Assembly (NCBI GenBank): GCA_052327205.1
Contig: CM126217.1
Coordinates: 39,742,001-39,806,000, forward strand
DNA: 64,000 bases
Reading direction: 5' to 3'
Source of the DNA: Somniosus microcephalus
Taxonomy: Eukaryota
The notes beneath the pieces were generated by a model that saw only the letters and a program-made list of their open reading frames with translations, made no database searches and had not been told where the DNA came from. Within the stretch, counting starts at the first letter, position 1, and every line of letters starts with the position of its first letter. Shown here one piece after another: positions 46,717 through 59,819 of the stretch. The translations under genes were made by a program, and so were the position numbers.

Positions 46717-47012
46717 CTTGTTCGTGGGATGTGGCCAACACTGGTAAGGCAGCATTTATTGACCGGAGGGCATTAAGACTCGGTCACATAGTGTGGGACT
46801 GGAGTCACATGTAGGCCAGATCAGGTAAGGACGGCAGGTTCCCTTCCCTGAAGGACATTTGAGAAACAGGTAGGGTTTTACCACTATACGACAGCTTCAG
46901 GGTCATTTCACTGCTGCTGGTCCACAAATGATCAGAATTATTGAACTCAATTTCACAACTTGCCAAATTGGGATTGGAATACAATTGCAAGTCCAATACC
47001 ATAACCACTAAG
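46717..47012 (-). mobile_element. Free-standing tRNA-derived SINE sharing its body and 3' tail with the 4229-7455 element
   Basis: Body GGAGTCACATGTAGGCCAGA...TTCCCTGAAGGACATT (cf. 7232-7290). Tail TTCGTGGGATGTGGCC...AGCATTTATTG (cf. 4244-4285). Confidence 0.75.
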
Positions 47013-47074
47013 CTAAACTGTCAAAGGTCCTTTCCAACTAAAGTTGTTTCCCAGTGAAGGCAACCTATAGATTT

Positions 47075-47400
47075 CGCTGTTGGTTCAGAGGGTAGCACAA
47101 TTGCTTATGAGCCTTAAGATTGAAGGTTCGAGCCCCGTTCCAGCACCTGGCCATGCAGTCTAGCCTGCCACTTCAGGCCAGAAGTGAGGGAGTGCTGCAT
47201 AATTGGGGATGCTATACCTATCCTTTGGAATGAAATGTTAAACTGTCTGCCTCACCAGGATGATGCTTGCGAGATCTGATGGCACTATTCAAAGAAGAAC
47301 AGTGAGTTAGCCTGCATAACACTCCAACCGGTCATTCATCACAATGGCTTTGTGTTGTGTGCAAAAATGCTTACATATTAAGCCATTACACTTTAAATAA
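47075..47400 (+). mobile_element. Old tRNA-derived SINE (Deu-domain type)
   Basis: A-box-like TGGTTCAGAGGG and B-box GGTTCGAGCCC. Body resembles the Deu domain (GATGGCACTATTCAAAGAAGA). Confidence 0.55.
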
Positions 47401-48397
47401 TTGATTGTGCTTGTGCTATATTCATTGCAGCGGCTGTGAGGACTCGTTGCAATCGAGGTAAGCAATTGTCTAAACATTTGTGTAACCAGAGCGGAAGATC
47501 ATTTGACAATTCTTGTATAAAATGTGAATTTGAGCTTTAATTGAATTTGGGTACTTTAAATGAATTGATGTATGTGTGGGACATAAAACAAACTGATGTG
47601 CTGATGTGTTGTAAAATTTCTATCGCTGCAAATAAATATTTAAACTGAAATTACCCACCCCATCTGCTACAAATCACAGGTGAGAGATCCCAGAGCACAG
47701 TGAGGGCACCACGATGCTGTCACAAACATCGAGACTGGGATGGCATTGGGGATATTACAACTGGCCCCAGTGTCCCTGGACTGGATTGATTTGAGGTGGG
47801 GTGGGGGGGGTTCTATCCAGTGTTTTAAGATGTGTGTGTGCTGGCTATGATGCCCCCAGAGTTGAATAGCCTGTCAACACTCATTGTTCAGGGTGACATA
47901 GTGAATGACACGGGTGAGGTAGCAGATGACTGTAAACTATACTTAGGAGTCACCTTCTTCAGGAGAGAGCAGTAAGTTGGGAAGAGTAAAAGAGTGGAGT
48001 AAAAAAGTGGAAGAATGGATTCTCCCTTACGAATCAAAGCATCTGTGGTAGTTCAAGAACTATCCTGGGATGATTGCCCAGCTTTCAAGGAGCAAATAGA
48101 AACTGTAAGATAGCCACCTCCAAAAGGACCGAGAGCTGAGAGTTCAGGAATAAGGGCACTTACCCAAACACTCCAAAGTTGGCATCCAAAAGCAGAGGTG
48201 GAATATTTAAAGGATCAATACTAATTGAAGAACACATGTTTGAAGAGTATTCAATAGGCCACACAGTCTGCAGAAAGGGCTATCAAAAGGGACTAGGTCT
48301 ATCATTAAATCGGGAATAATTTTCACGTTTGAATATAATTTGGATGATAGGGCTCAGTCTATTCTGTGATCTAAGGAAAAAGATACCAAGGGCTTTA

Positions 48398-49625
48398 ATA
48401 AGAACACAAGAACATAGGAGCAGGAGTAGGTCATACAGCCACTTGAGCCTGCTCTGCCATTCAATAAGATCATGGCTGGTCTTCGACCTCAACACCACTT
48501 TCCTGCCCCATCTCCATAACCCTTGATTCCCCTAGAGTCCAAAAATCTATCTCAGCCTTGAATATACTCAATGACTCAGCGTCCAGAGCCCTTTGGGGTG
48601 GAAAATTCCAAAGATTTACAACCCTCTGAATGAAAAATTTCTCCTCATCTCAGTGCTAAATGGTCAACCCCTTATCCGGAGACTATGCCCCCTAGTTCTA
48701 GACTCTCCAGCCAGGGGAAACAACCTCTCAGCATCTACCCTGTCAATCTCCCTCAGTATCTTATATGTTTCAATGAGATCACTGCTCATTCTTCTAAACT
48801 CCAAAGAGAATAGGCCCAATCTCTCCTCATAGGACAACCCTCTCATCCCAGGGATCAATCTAGTGAGCCTTCGTCGCACCGCCTCTAAGGCAAGTACTTC
48901 CTTCCTCAGATAAGGAGACCAAAACTGTGCACAGTACTCCAGGTGTGGTCTCACCAAGGCCCTGTACAATTGTAGTAAGACTTCCTTACTCTTATACTCC
49001 AACCCCCTTGCAATAAAGGTCAACGTGCTATTTGCCTTCCTTATTGCTTGCTCTATCTGCATGCTAACTTTGTTTCCTGTACAAGGACACCTAAATTTCT
49101 CTGAACACCAACATTTAATAGTTTCTCACCATTTAAAAAATATTCTATAAAATGACTAACCTCCCATTTGCCACCTTATTGCCCACTCACTTGAGCTGTC
49201 TATATCACTTTGCAGGCTCTTTGTGTCCTCCTCACAGCTTACTGTCCCCACCTAGCTTTGTATCATCAGAAAACTTGGATACATTGCACTCGGTCCCTTC
49301 ATCTAAGTCATTAATATAGATTGTAAATAGCGGAGGCCCAAGCACTGATCCTTGTGGTACTCCACTAGTTACAGCCTGCCAACCGGAAAATGTCCCGTTT
49401 ATCCTTACTCTCTGTTTTCTGTCCATTAACCAATCCTCTATCCATCCATGCTAATATATTACCCCCACCCCCATGAGCCCTTATCTTGCTCAATAACCTT
49501 TTATGTGGCACCTTATCGAATGCCTTTTGGAAAATCCAAATATACATCCACTGGTTTCCGTTTATCTACCCTGCTAGTTACATCCTCAAAAAACAAATAA
49601 ATTTGTTAAACACGATTTCCCTTTC
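48398..49625 (-). mobile_element. CR1 LINE 3' ~1.2 kb
   Basis: [20 protein letters not shown] and RPHLEY fragments. Tail at 48398. Confidence 0.9.
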
Positions 49626-52600
49626 TTTGGAGAAGATACATCTATAACTCATTTGGGTATAAAACCAAGTTACTAAGGGGATTTAATTCTGATTCCCTGT
49701 ACACTGCTCCTCATAAATCGGACGTTTATGTGGAGGTATCTGATGCTCATTTATCTACAAATTTATCAGCTAAACATTTGACTTCAACAGGTGGAAGGCT
49801 AAGATGGGGTATTAATCTTTCATTGTTTTGGGAACTACAATACATTAGGACTCAGGAGTAAGTTTAACCTCCCCAAGGAAACAAAATCTGCTCTCTAACA
49901 TCGCAGAGCAGTGAATGTCTACCTTTGGACAGGAGCTGTCTGGCAGGACTACTCTGTGAAATGATTCAATTTAACAAAATCATTTTGATAAATTTTCTTA
50001 CCTTCTGTTGTCCAAATTTAGGGTTAGTGATAGAAAACCAGAAACTGGGGGGGAAGAGTGGGTGATGGTCACTGCAGGGTTATTATGGTGGGAGATCTAG
50101 TTCAGTGAATCTTCTTTCTTTAGCCTGGGTTTCTGCTTTGAGTCACTTAGATGCAGATGCATGTCATTCAAATATAGTGCTGGACCATCACAGTCTAATA
50201 GAGGAGATATGAGCTTACAGGAATGATGACAATCACACCTCAGCAGAACTAACAGGTTTGCAATAAGCAATGGTGAAACCTAAAGCTCAGATGAGTCATC
50301 GGAACCATGTCTCCGGGAAGAGCCTCCATAATCAAAGATAAAATAGCAATGGAATCAGATGTCAATGAAAGTTAGGTTACTGGACAATCGTTGCCACCAC
50401 TATAATGTATGTATCTAAGGCTGGAAACCTGCAGAGGTGATTGTGTTCATCTCTAAATTCTTATCCCAATTATTGGACATACCTGTTGCTGACTCACCGT
50501 CTCCCTGACTCTAAGCCACCTTAGTCTGAAAACTCAACAGGTGGAACACAAAGCTAAGAAACCTGTGTTAAGGAAAGTGCAGGATAAACAAAACCGGAGT
50601 TACGTGGATCTACAAATCTCTAAGTGAGAACCAATCTCTAGAGTGACTCCATCAGCAAAACAGATGTTGCATACACTTGGATTATTCAAATACATGTCTT
50701 ACTGGCTTTACTTTCAAACCAACTCACTTGGAGTGGAATCTGCATCTAAGTATTTGGTTAACGAAGGGTGAATTTCTCAAATTCAACTTCTACACTCCAC
50801 AAGAGGCTTGGCTTAGTAATCGATCTAGGAGAGGAAAATGGAGAGCAAATTGTTACCTGTCACTGGCAATCTCCCAGAATGTGGGTTTTGAATCTTCAAA
50901 CACCTGTGTTTGATATTCTCAAAACTATGCAAATAATTTTCATGAGTTAAGAGTAGGATATTGTGTAATGAGTGCTGATTTCAACACAGTAAGGATGCAA
51001 GGAGCAGCAAGAACATATGGGAAGCTGTGTTTGGAACTTATGAGGAACCATTATCTTTACTGCCATTAAAGGCAATAATTTGTCATTAATAGGACTGGGA
51101 GTAATTGAATATCAGGTCACTACTAGAAGCATCTGAGCATGATTGCAACTCCTTGTTTGTTATCTATCTGGGGTTATCATTAATCTGCAGTTTATTGCAA
51201 CTCAAGTACTTTTATTTATTATATGCATGCTGATTTATTGTTTAATTATCATGGGGCTCTAAAGCCATTCATTACTCATAAGTAAACCTGGTTCGATGGG
51301 ATTGCGGCGATAGTTTTGGATCTGATATAAATGATATCCTCTTGCAGCAGAGGTTTGCAACTTTGGTTTCCTTAGGAGAGAGACTACTCCATTAATACTG
51401 TGCACATCTCATCTAGTCTTCTGTACACAAGCAGTCTTGTTCTTTTTTCCTTTAAGCTCTTGGACCTAGGTTTTGTCTTCCCTTGGCATGTTTATCCTTA
51501 GTCTCCTTGGCTGCTTTGTTCCTTTTTCTGGAATTTATCCCTGCCATGTTGCATCCTGATGTTGAACAGATGAGCGAGAAAGATCTGCATATTAGTCTTT
51601 GTTGTCATTCAGCAGCTGTTGTAGATACAAGAGGTGAGGATGGAGGCACCTGGAGGAACATTCCCACCCTCATCTCCTTTCCCTGTCTGTGGGAAAGGTG
51701 GCTGAATTGGTATGGGAAGTGCAGGTCAGGAGGATTTTCTTACCACCTTCTCAGACCCAATGTCCTTCAATGGTTTTTGGATGGCACAATGCATGTTCAA
51801 ATCAGAGTGCACCACACTAATGTGTCATAAATTAATGTCTCTGTATAAGAATTGAATTGCTGGTTTCATTTACTTAATTAAATCAAGGAAGCAAACCACC
51901 TTGATCCTTTAACAGCATTGTTCTCTTTGCTGTGCAAGGATTAGTTTGCGCTATTGTATAGATCTTGTATGCAACTGTCATGTGAAGTATTTATCCCTGT
52001 AAGATTATTTGACATTGTACTTCAGATATCTGTTCTTTTGCCAATTCTATCACATTGATGAGTGGATCACAACATTCCATTTCAAAAGGCAATTGAAAAC
52101 TCCTGTCAAGCTCTGTCTAAGGCAAAATCCATTTTAAAAGCATTCAACATTTACCTGCAGTACCAGTTAAGCACCAGTACAGGTGGTGTAGTGAGAGCCC
52201 TTGCAACGTTAAATGTTCTGTCACGTAACATTAGTGGAAAATCGAGCACTGATAGTGTCATTTGGCTCAGACAGTATACAATTGCACAACAAGGCCATAG
52301 TGCAGGAATCTGTCAGTCCGCATCAATGCAAGGACAAAAGGTAATTAATGTTAATCAGTAAATTTAACTGTAATGACATTTCAGACCCCCCCCCCCCTCC
52401 CAGGTTGAGATTAAAATCTATGCCTGGGGCTGGGAAGGAAACCTTATAGCACATCCCCACTCAGTCAGAGCCCAGTGAAGCTAAAGGGACTCCCTAAAGA
52501 TGTTAATCCGTGCCGAGAGGAGGGTAGGGGAATGTATCCCAGCCCTTGATATGTTATATTGCTGTCTCATCTTTCTCCTGATGCTCTGTCAGGATGTTCC

Positions 52601-54761
52601 TGCTGGATCTGCACCATGGTTCTTGCCCTACCTGCATTCGTTCCCTCCCCCCCCCCCCACCACCTCCAAAAAATGTAATTGCCACACGGCTGTCCAACCA
52701 ATTTTCTTATTTCCCCAGCTCCTTCACTGAGAAACAGCGCAAATTAAGAAAATGTTAAGAAACTCTCCTGCCCCAAACTGGGAGCATGGAAACAATGGGA
52801 TTCCCACCGTCTCCCCCCCACAACCCACACTCAAGGTTATTTTTCACGAAAAAAATTCCTCCCCCTCCCCCATCAAGCAAGTGCTGGAGAAAAATGAAGG
52901 CCCCTTTCCCCAGTGGAGACAATAATCGTGGCATTGAAATTGGGCATCACAGCTCACTGCATTGCCCACTCCCACAAAAGACAAAATGGTGGCATTGATG
53001 TCGGGTAGGAAAGCATACCAGAATCCTGTCCCCCATTGAGCCCAAAGTGGGGCTATTATTGGATGGTAGCAGAGCTGACCTGTGCCCCCCATGATACAAA
53101 AATCAGGGCACTGCTGGAGCCTAGAAGCTACTGGCCTCACCCACCGCACCCCCCTCCCCACCAGTGAGATCAATTTCAGGGTAGTGACAGCGTGCAAGAG
53201 CTTACCTGACCCCCACCATCAGACAACTGATCTGGGTACAAAAGCTCTCTGGCTTTAGTCCCTCGAATGGGGACCCCCCTTGATGTTGATGGTGGAAGAC
53301 TGTGATGGTGGTGCAGTTAAAGGCTAGGAGAAGATGGCTGGACCTTTTTCTTTGTTCGAGATGGTCATTACCAAGCACATGTGTGGCGGGAATGTTACCT
53401 GCCACTCGCCAGCCCGAGCCTGGATGTTATCCAGGTTTTGCTGGCCTGTACCATAGCAAAAGATCACCTTTCTACAAGTCAAATCAGCCAATGAAAGATC
53501 AAGCGGAATTTTTGTTTCCTAAATGTATTTATTTTATACATAACTGTGACAACTGGGAGGTAACACTGTCAAACACAGATCACAAGGATACAGTATGCTC
53601 ATGCCCACAGATTCCTGAAGAGATAGTCTCCTACCAGTGAAGATACAGTCGCACAACAGAAATACAGTGAAAAGAAAGAACCATTGAAACTACTTTGAAT
53701 AAATTAGTAATATAACAAAACAATTCCCATGTCTGCTTGGCAGCTGAGAGATTTTCTGTCTGTGCAGAAATTTAATGCTTCTCTAAATTTCTGCAAGATA
53801 GTTTAGTACAACTATCAGGAGCCCATGCGGCTTTAGCAACCTCAATGAACAAGAAAAATGTGTTCAGCCTCATCCCTTTCACTCCACCCTCCACCCCCAC
53901 TTTCCATTATTGAGTGCCTCAAAGCTGCAGTATCCCTTCTGATCAGGTAGCTTCAGCTCTTAGTACATCAACTGGGCACAGCACTCCTTGAAAGAGGCAG
54001 TTACGCCGTAGCCTGCTCCGCTTCTTCACAGCACAATGTTTTGACAGCCAGTCTTCAGGGATGGTAGTAAGAGTAAGGAAGACCATGAGGAGCAGTACTA
54101 AAAGAATACCGCACAGAAATCTGAGATACATGTTGGAAGTTCACAAAAGGCAGATTTCATATTTGTCAGAAAATAAATTTGTCAGCAGTGTGGGGAAACA
54201 CCAGATCTAGACTTCACAGGCACACTTTAACCCCCAACTGGTTTGGAAACAGCCAGCGGGCAGTTAGTGAAATTCCACCGCTGCCGGTCGGCCCCTTGGT
54301 TCTGTAGATCTGTCCTTTTCATTCGGAGTATTTGGAAAATGGCACAAAGTTTGAACAATCTAAATCGAGCAGGACAACATACCTGGATTGGGCTGTTCCC
54401 TCACACCGGGCAGGTCACTGCGTGTGCCATGATGGAGTGACGTTTCTGTACAATGTCATCCCTCGAGCAGGGCAGCTTCAGGATCCTGCCCATCCGACAC
54501 ACCACTGGATTCAAGGTGAATTATTCAACACGTCTCCGCCATTTACAACAACCTGGGGCTGACCAGATGCTCCTTGGCAATTGAGGACATCTACATTCAC
54601 AGTGAGGTTAATGCTCCGGGGGATGAGAGAGCACCAAGTGCTCAAGACCCTGGATTCCAAAACCAGGCCTTGTGCCATTCCAGTCCTCCTTTATTTCTCT
54701 TAACTGGCCCTATTTTTTAAAATAGCTGTGCTTCTTGTTTAGAAAGTCAAACTTCCACTTA

Positions 54762-55084
54762 CAGGAAACTTTCTGGTATCCGGCACTGACGGGACCGAGC
54801 TAGTGCCAGTGGATCAACACTGCCGGAAAAACGAGCGCTAATGTTAAAACATACGGAGCTTCTGAGCTCCGTCTGAAGCAACAAACCCTGTTGCTTAGCA
54901 ACAGCTTCAAAACAGTCGGCGCAGCTTTCAAGCGTCTCTGTAGCTAAGCAACAGCTTCAGCTAGACGCTTGCAGAGCCAGGACTGGAGAAAAAAAGCAAC
55001 GAAAAGTTAAAAAAAACTTATCTGAACCGACTCCTGAATTTTGCCGGTGGATAGAGCATTCCGGATATAAACGAAAGTTTCCTG
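54762..55084. mobile_element. MITE copy 2
   Basis: TA|CAGGAAACTTTC...GAAAGTTTCCTG|TA. Confidence 0.9.
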
Positions 55085-58000
55085 TACATTTCTCTTTACA
55101 GAGAATAACTAAAAAGAAAGTTTAGACCTGACATTTTAAAATGTTCAGAGTTGGGCTTCCTCACCACTTTCTGGTCCGGCCAGCCTCTGGTTACCTGTAG
55201 TTGTGTACGGTGAGATGGCACACTGACACTCGCGTGATTGTCCCTCTCTAATGCACTGCCACAGAAACAAAAGAACTAAAAAGGTGGGCACGGCTCAGAA
55301 ACAGAAGTGCTCTTTAACTCTTTGCAATTGTTTTTTTGTTCAAAAAAGACTTTAAACAACTAAAATACAACAATTTAATTTTTTTACTTCATTGTTAAGC
55401 AATGGTAGCCCATACGTTACTAATTCTGGGTTGAATTACTCCCCCAAAAGACACTTCATTCACTGCTAGTGTTTCAGAGGGCCATCAGGTTCCAGAGCTT
55501 CTCCAAACACATTTGCCTGTGGCACATTTGTGCAACGCTTCTCAGCAAGTATGTGGTGATATATCTGTTAAGCAGGAGGATTGAGGGTTGCAGAGATATT
55601 TAACGGCACTGCTTGAATTTTTTTTTTTTTTTTTAAACAGGGAGGTCAGAGAAGGAGATTAGTGACGGGAGTGGGAGAAGTGTGCTGACTGGTTTATTCG
55701 TGAATGGGAGACTTGAGCCAATCAAAAACCACTGCACCGCTAGAATAAAATACTGCATTGTTTTATTAAAAATCTCCAATCACTAAGACGCAGCTAATGA
55801 ACAACCAGTAACTGCCACTAAAGCAACCAATAAAATGCCTGAAATTTATCAAACTCCTTTGAGTGGCCATGTTGGTCCCCACCCACCCACATACACCCCT
55901 GAAAATAACACAGATTAAAAAAACAATTCTGGGATTTTAACAAGTCACTGAACTCCCTAATTCCCCGACAACTTTCCTCCCACAGGGACTGCTGCTCTCT
56001 TCAATGCCCTCTAATTTGCCCTGTGAACCATTTCCAAGTCTTCGATCCTAGGTGCCGTGGGTTTCCGTGCACATGTGGCCTGTGGGATCGGTGCCCCTCA
56101 CTGCTGTTCGGTTCTAACCACAGAGCTACAGATCCCAGCACGCTGCACTAAACTGTCAGCTCCAGGTTGAAGCGATGGCAATCCTCCCTTTCTCCCAGAG
56201 CGCTGGGCGTTGTACTCTTTTCAGGAATGCAATGGATTACATGTATGAAAGGCAATGAATTAAACGTTCTTTTTTCCAGCTTGCAGTGGGGTCCCATCGA
56301 GGAGTGCTGGTGTCACTTTTCCTTTGTAAGATGTGGGGTGAAGTGGGAAGAAGCAGTGCCTTTTCTATTGGCTAACTATCAGCCACTGGGGAACTGCAAT
56401 AATGAGTTTAGTGACTGTGCTCCCGAGTGTCTACAGGCTGTTCCATAAGGAATGCAAGTGCTTAGTTCCTGGGGAAAGAAGGGTCTTTAATATGGGATGG
56501 ACACAGCGATAGACACACACGGGACTGCTTGGGTGCCCGGCCACTGAGCCTCGTGACACTCAACGTTTTACATCCATTCAATAGTGTCCTGCCTCTTTGA
56601 TAAATGCGCCGATTTTGGATTCAGATCTAATTTTTGGGGAGGAAGGGGAATGTTTACATACTTACATTTACTATTCTGCACATCTTACTATTTTGCTGTA
56701 ATACAGTGTTGGTTTATTTTGGTTTTGTAATTCATGCCTAGAGTGGCCGAGAGGCGTGCCAGGAAGTTTTCAGATTTATATTCTCTGTTGAACATCTATA
56801 GGATTAAAAGTTGTGTCTCTGGCATGTATCCGCAGAATACAGGAAGCTGTCTGATGCGCCCACAGGGTAAAGTGTCAGGAGGATGTGAAACATTAATTAG
56901 CGCAAATTTCTCCTGCCTACCGCACATGAACGACCCTCACTACTCTGCTCCATGGCTCATGCTCCACACTACCTGAGAGTATCACCAAGGGAGATCCACT
57001 AACAGCTAATGAAGTCACCGGAGAGGAGTATGGTCCAATCATCTGGTCGCACAGGGTCAAGTGAGTCAGGGAAGATTTCCCTGCAAACTGCTTAGAATTG
57101 TTCCTTCAGCTGGGAACTTACCTAGGGGTCTCTCCGGCAGATGCTGCAGTCCTCGCACATCTTGGGTGTGCTCTATACATCACTTGCGCTCTATGTGAAG
57201 GGTACGATTCACTCCCTGTCACAGCACCCAACCCAGGATCATACTGGTCATAGGTTAAAAACTTCACAAACGCAGCCAAATGGCAGGGTCAGAACAATGC
57301 TTGCAAAAAAATCCTGCCCACGGCCCAAAAAGCAGGAGTGTGGAATTACCTCATTCACACAGCAATGACCTTGTACACAATACACTGTGCGACTCCAAGT
57401 GTGCTGTGTGAGCTCACGATAAAATGCTTACGTATGTTTGAATTCATACCTAGAGTTTGCGCAGACGGCACGCCAGGCTTTAATCAGGCTCATCGGTTTC
57501 ACACCAATGCGCTTTTCAACCTCGGCCACATGGGGCAGTGTTCCGGGTCACCAGCCAGCCAATCGGTGCCTCACACTGGAGCAAACCATTACAAGTTTCA
57601 GCTCAGCCAATCGGTGCCTCACACTGAAACGACAAGTTTCAGCTTTTCTCACGAGCCACTCAAAGGGGATACTGCAGATTTAAGGGATGGGCGGCATTCT
57701 GTAAAGCAGGGCTCTCAGTACTTCATGATCTGGACTGGAACATACACTTCAAAAGACAAAAATAAAGATTTGGGATCAACGTAACAAAATAGCAATCTTA
57801 AAAGCTACACAGTAGAATTAGTTTGAAACTTGTTAAGTACTGCAAGTACTTGTAAGCAAAGATGTATAAAGTCAACATATTCTGAACAAAAGGATGGCAA
57901 CATAAGAGCTTTATATTAGGAACAGCCTACAGGTCAGTCTTTATAAACACACCTGCATTGTGCCAATGTGCTTTCCTACAAATTACTAAATGTCTCCACT

Positions 58001-58980
58001 GAATCAGCAGGACGTATATATGTAACTGCACGAACAACAGGTGAAAGCCAAGTCATTCTGGGAATGAGCAGCGGGAAATGGCTCCCACACTTCCACTACT
58101 TCTGGTTACATTCACTGGAAGTCCACGACAGTGCTGAGCTGATTTTTTTCTGTCTGCTCACTCGGCCAGTGTTGAGAAGGAAAGATTGTGCTAGCTAGAA
58201 GAGCCTTGCTTTGCGATACTCGTATCGAACACCCGTACGAAGCTCTAACCTTGCGGCACACAGTCCTTTGCAGTAACCCAGCGTTGGTCCGTGATCCGAC
58301 TCTTGGAACGCTACTCTGATCTGCCTTCCGAAGAACGTGCAACAGCCTTCCGAGGAGCAGGCGAGCCACAGGCTCGGTGCATTAAATCGCTGGCACAGTG
58401 AGAGATTAACCCTGGTAAGGTACTGAAGGGAATAATATTCAAGGGAAGAAGTGAAATTCAAAACAAACCCGCACACCTGTCAGCTAAAGAACCTGAGTGT
58501 TAGATTATGGAGTCCTTCACTCACATTCAGGTGGTCGTAAATGAGGAAATTTGTCCCAGCATTTACAAATATACAGCAATCCATGCAGTCTCGGTCTTTG
58601 GGAGCAGTATGGGAATTACCTGGCCTGCTTGCTGCTTTGGTACCGAGTGGGTGCCTCCCACGTTGGCACCTGCCACTGTACGGCAGGCCTCAGTAAGCGA
58701 ATGGCATTGCTCCCGTTACAAGATGCACTAGTGTCAGTACAGGCAGTGCTGTTCCACATGACTATGTAACAGTTTTATACACTGGGGTATAACAAACAGT
58801 TCGAACAACAAACTCACTTTTTTTCTAGCAATTTGCCAGAAGTTGACAGTATTTTTTTCCGTGGTGTCATCGCTGCGATGAGTATCAGAGTAAGCAGTCA
58901 TAGGTATGTGCTTGAGGGGGGAGGTCAGCACCTCTCCCTCCCGAGTAATAGGTAAAGAAATAGGAAAGGTTTGGAATATG

Positions 58981-59487
58981 CTACTGATTCTGGAGTTGAA
59001 TCTCTTCTAGGATACTAGTGAGGTTCTCCAGTCCGAAGATGTAGCCTGTGTCAGGCCCGTCATGCACAGTTTGGTCATCCCGGAACCCCTTGAATGTACT
59101 GTGGGCAAAGTCTATCATCCGCACATCAATTTTCGGCAGGCCCCGAGTGCTGGTCAAGGAGGAAGATGAAGATGGCAAGGTACTTGTGCTTTCCTGCAGG
59201 TTGTCCGGGCTCAACGTCTCTGTGGATTTGTGTCGAAGATCTGCCTTTGTCTCCTTCCCGTCGTAGATGATCAGTAAAGAGCTGGAGTAGAAGCGGTAAG
59301 AATCTTGCTTTTCCAGAACCTCCTTGAGGCTACGAAGTTTCTGCAGAATAACATCAAACAAGTCCATACGCAGGTATATGCCATTGTGCAGGAACTGATA
59401 GAGAGCTTTTCCAAACCCTTCGATGGAAAGACCACGGCCATAGTACTTGTTCCTGCACACGTAATGCCCCGAGTCTAACTGATACAC
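58981..59487 (-). CDS. IP6K1: Inositol hexakisphosphate kinase 1, last coding exon
   Basis: Acceptor TTTTCAG at 59488-59494 (-). 169 codons VYQLDSGHYVCRNKYYGRGLSIEGF...FYSSSLLIIYDG...DVRMIDFAHSTFKGFRDD...QNQ*, with SSLL and IDF motifs and an IP6K1-type C-terminus. Confidence 0.93.
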   Translation of the reverse strand: MYQLDSGHYVCRNKYYGRGLSIEGFGKALYQFLHNGIYLRMDLFDVILQKLRSLKEVLEKQDSYRFYSSSLLIIYDGKETKADLRHKSTETLSPDNLQESTSTLPSSSSSLTSTRGLPKIDVRMIDFAHSTFKGFRDDQTVHDGPDTGYIFGLENLTSILEEIQLQNQ

Positions 59488-59819
59488 CTGAAAAGACAAA
59501 ACATGACTGGTCAGTGTGGCTTCTTGGACGAGCAATTCGCAGCACAACCAAATTGGCTGTTGGTAACCCGAAATACTCTATTAGTTTTCAACCTAACTGC
59601 AACCTTTGTATCCAGGCTGAGATACGCGAGTTCCCACCTACAAGTACCATTCCAGCACAATACAAACTTCAGTCTCACAACCTAGAGTCTGTTAATAACT
59701 CCCCATTAAAAATAACTCCATTGCAAAGAATTATAATTCACTCTAATGAATATTTTAGTTTGAGTTCTGATGCTTGGAGTGAAGGTTGAGAGGAAGTACT
59801 GAGGCAGACAGTGTGTGCG

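Noticed and set aside
57556-57644. Short tandem duplication containing CCAAT in the IP6K1 3' region
   Set aside because: Two imperfect ~45-bp copies. An ordinary local duplication with no further support.
59488-59547. N-terminal part of the listed 188-aa ORF (MCCELL...)
   Set aside because: Intronic read-through upstream of the splice acceptor. IP6K similarity starts at VYQL.
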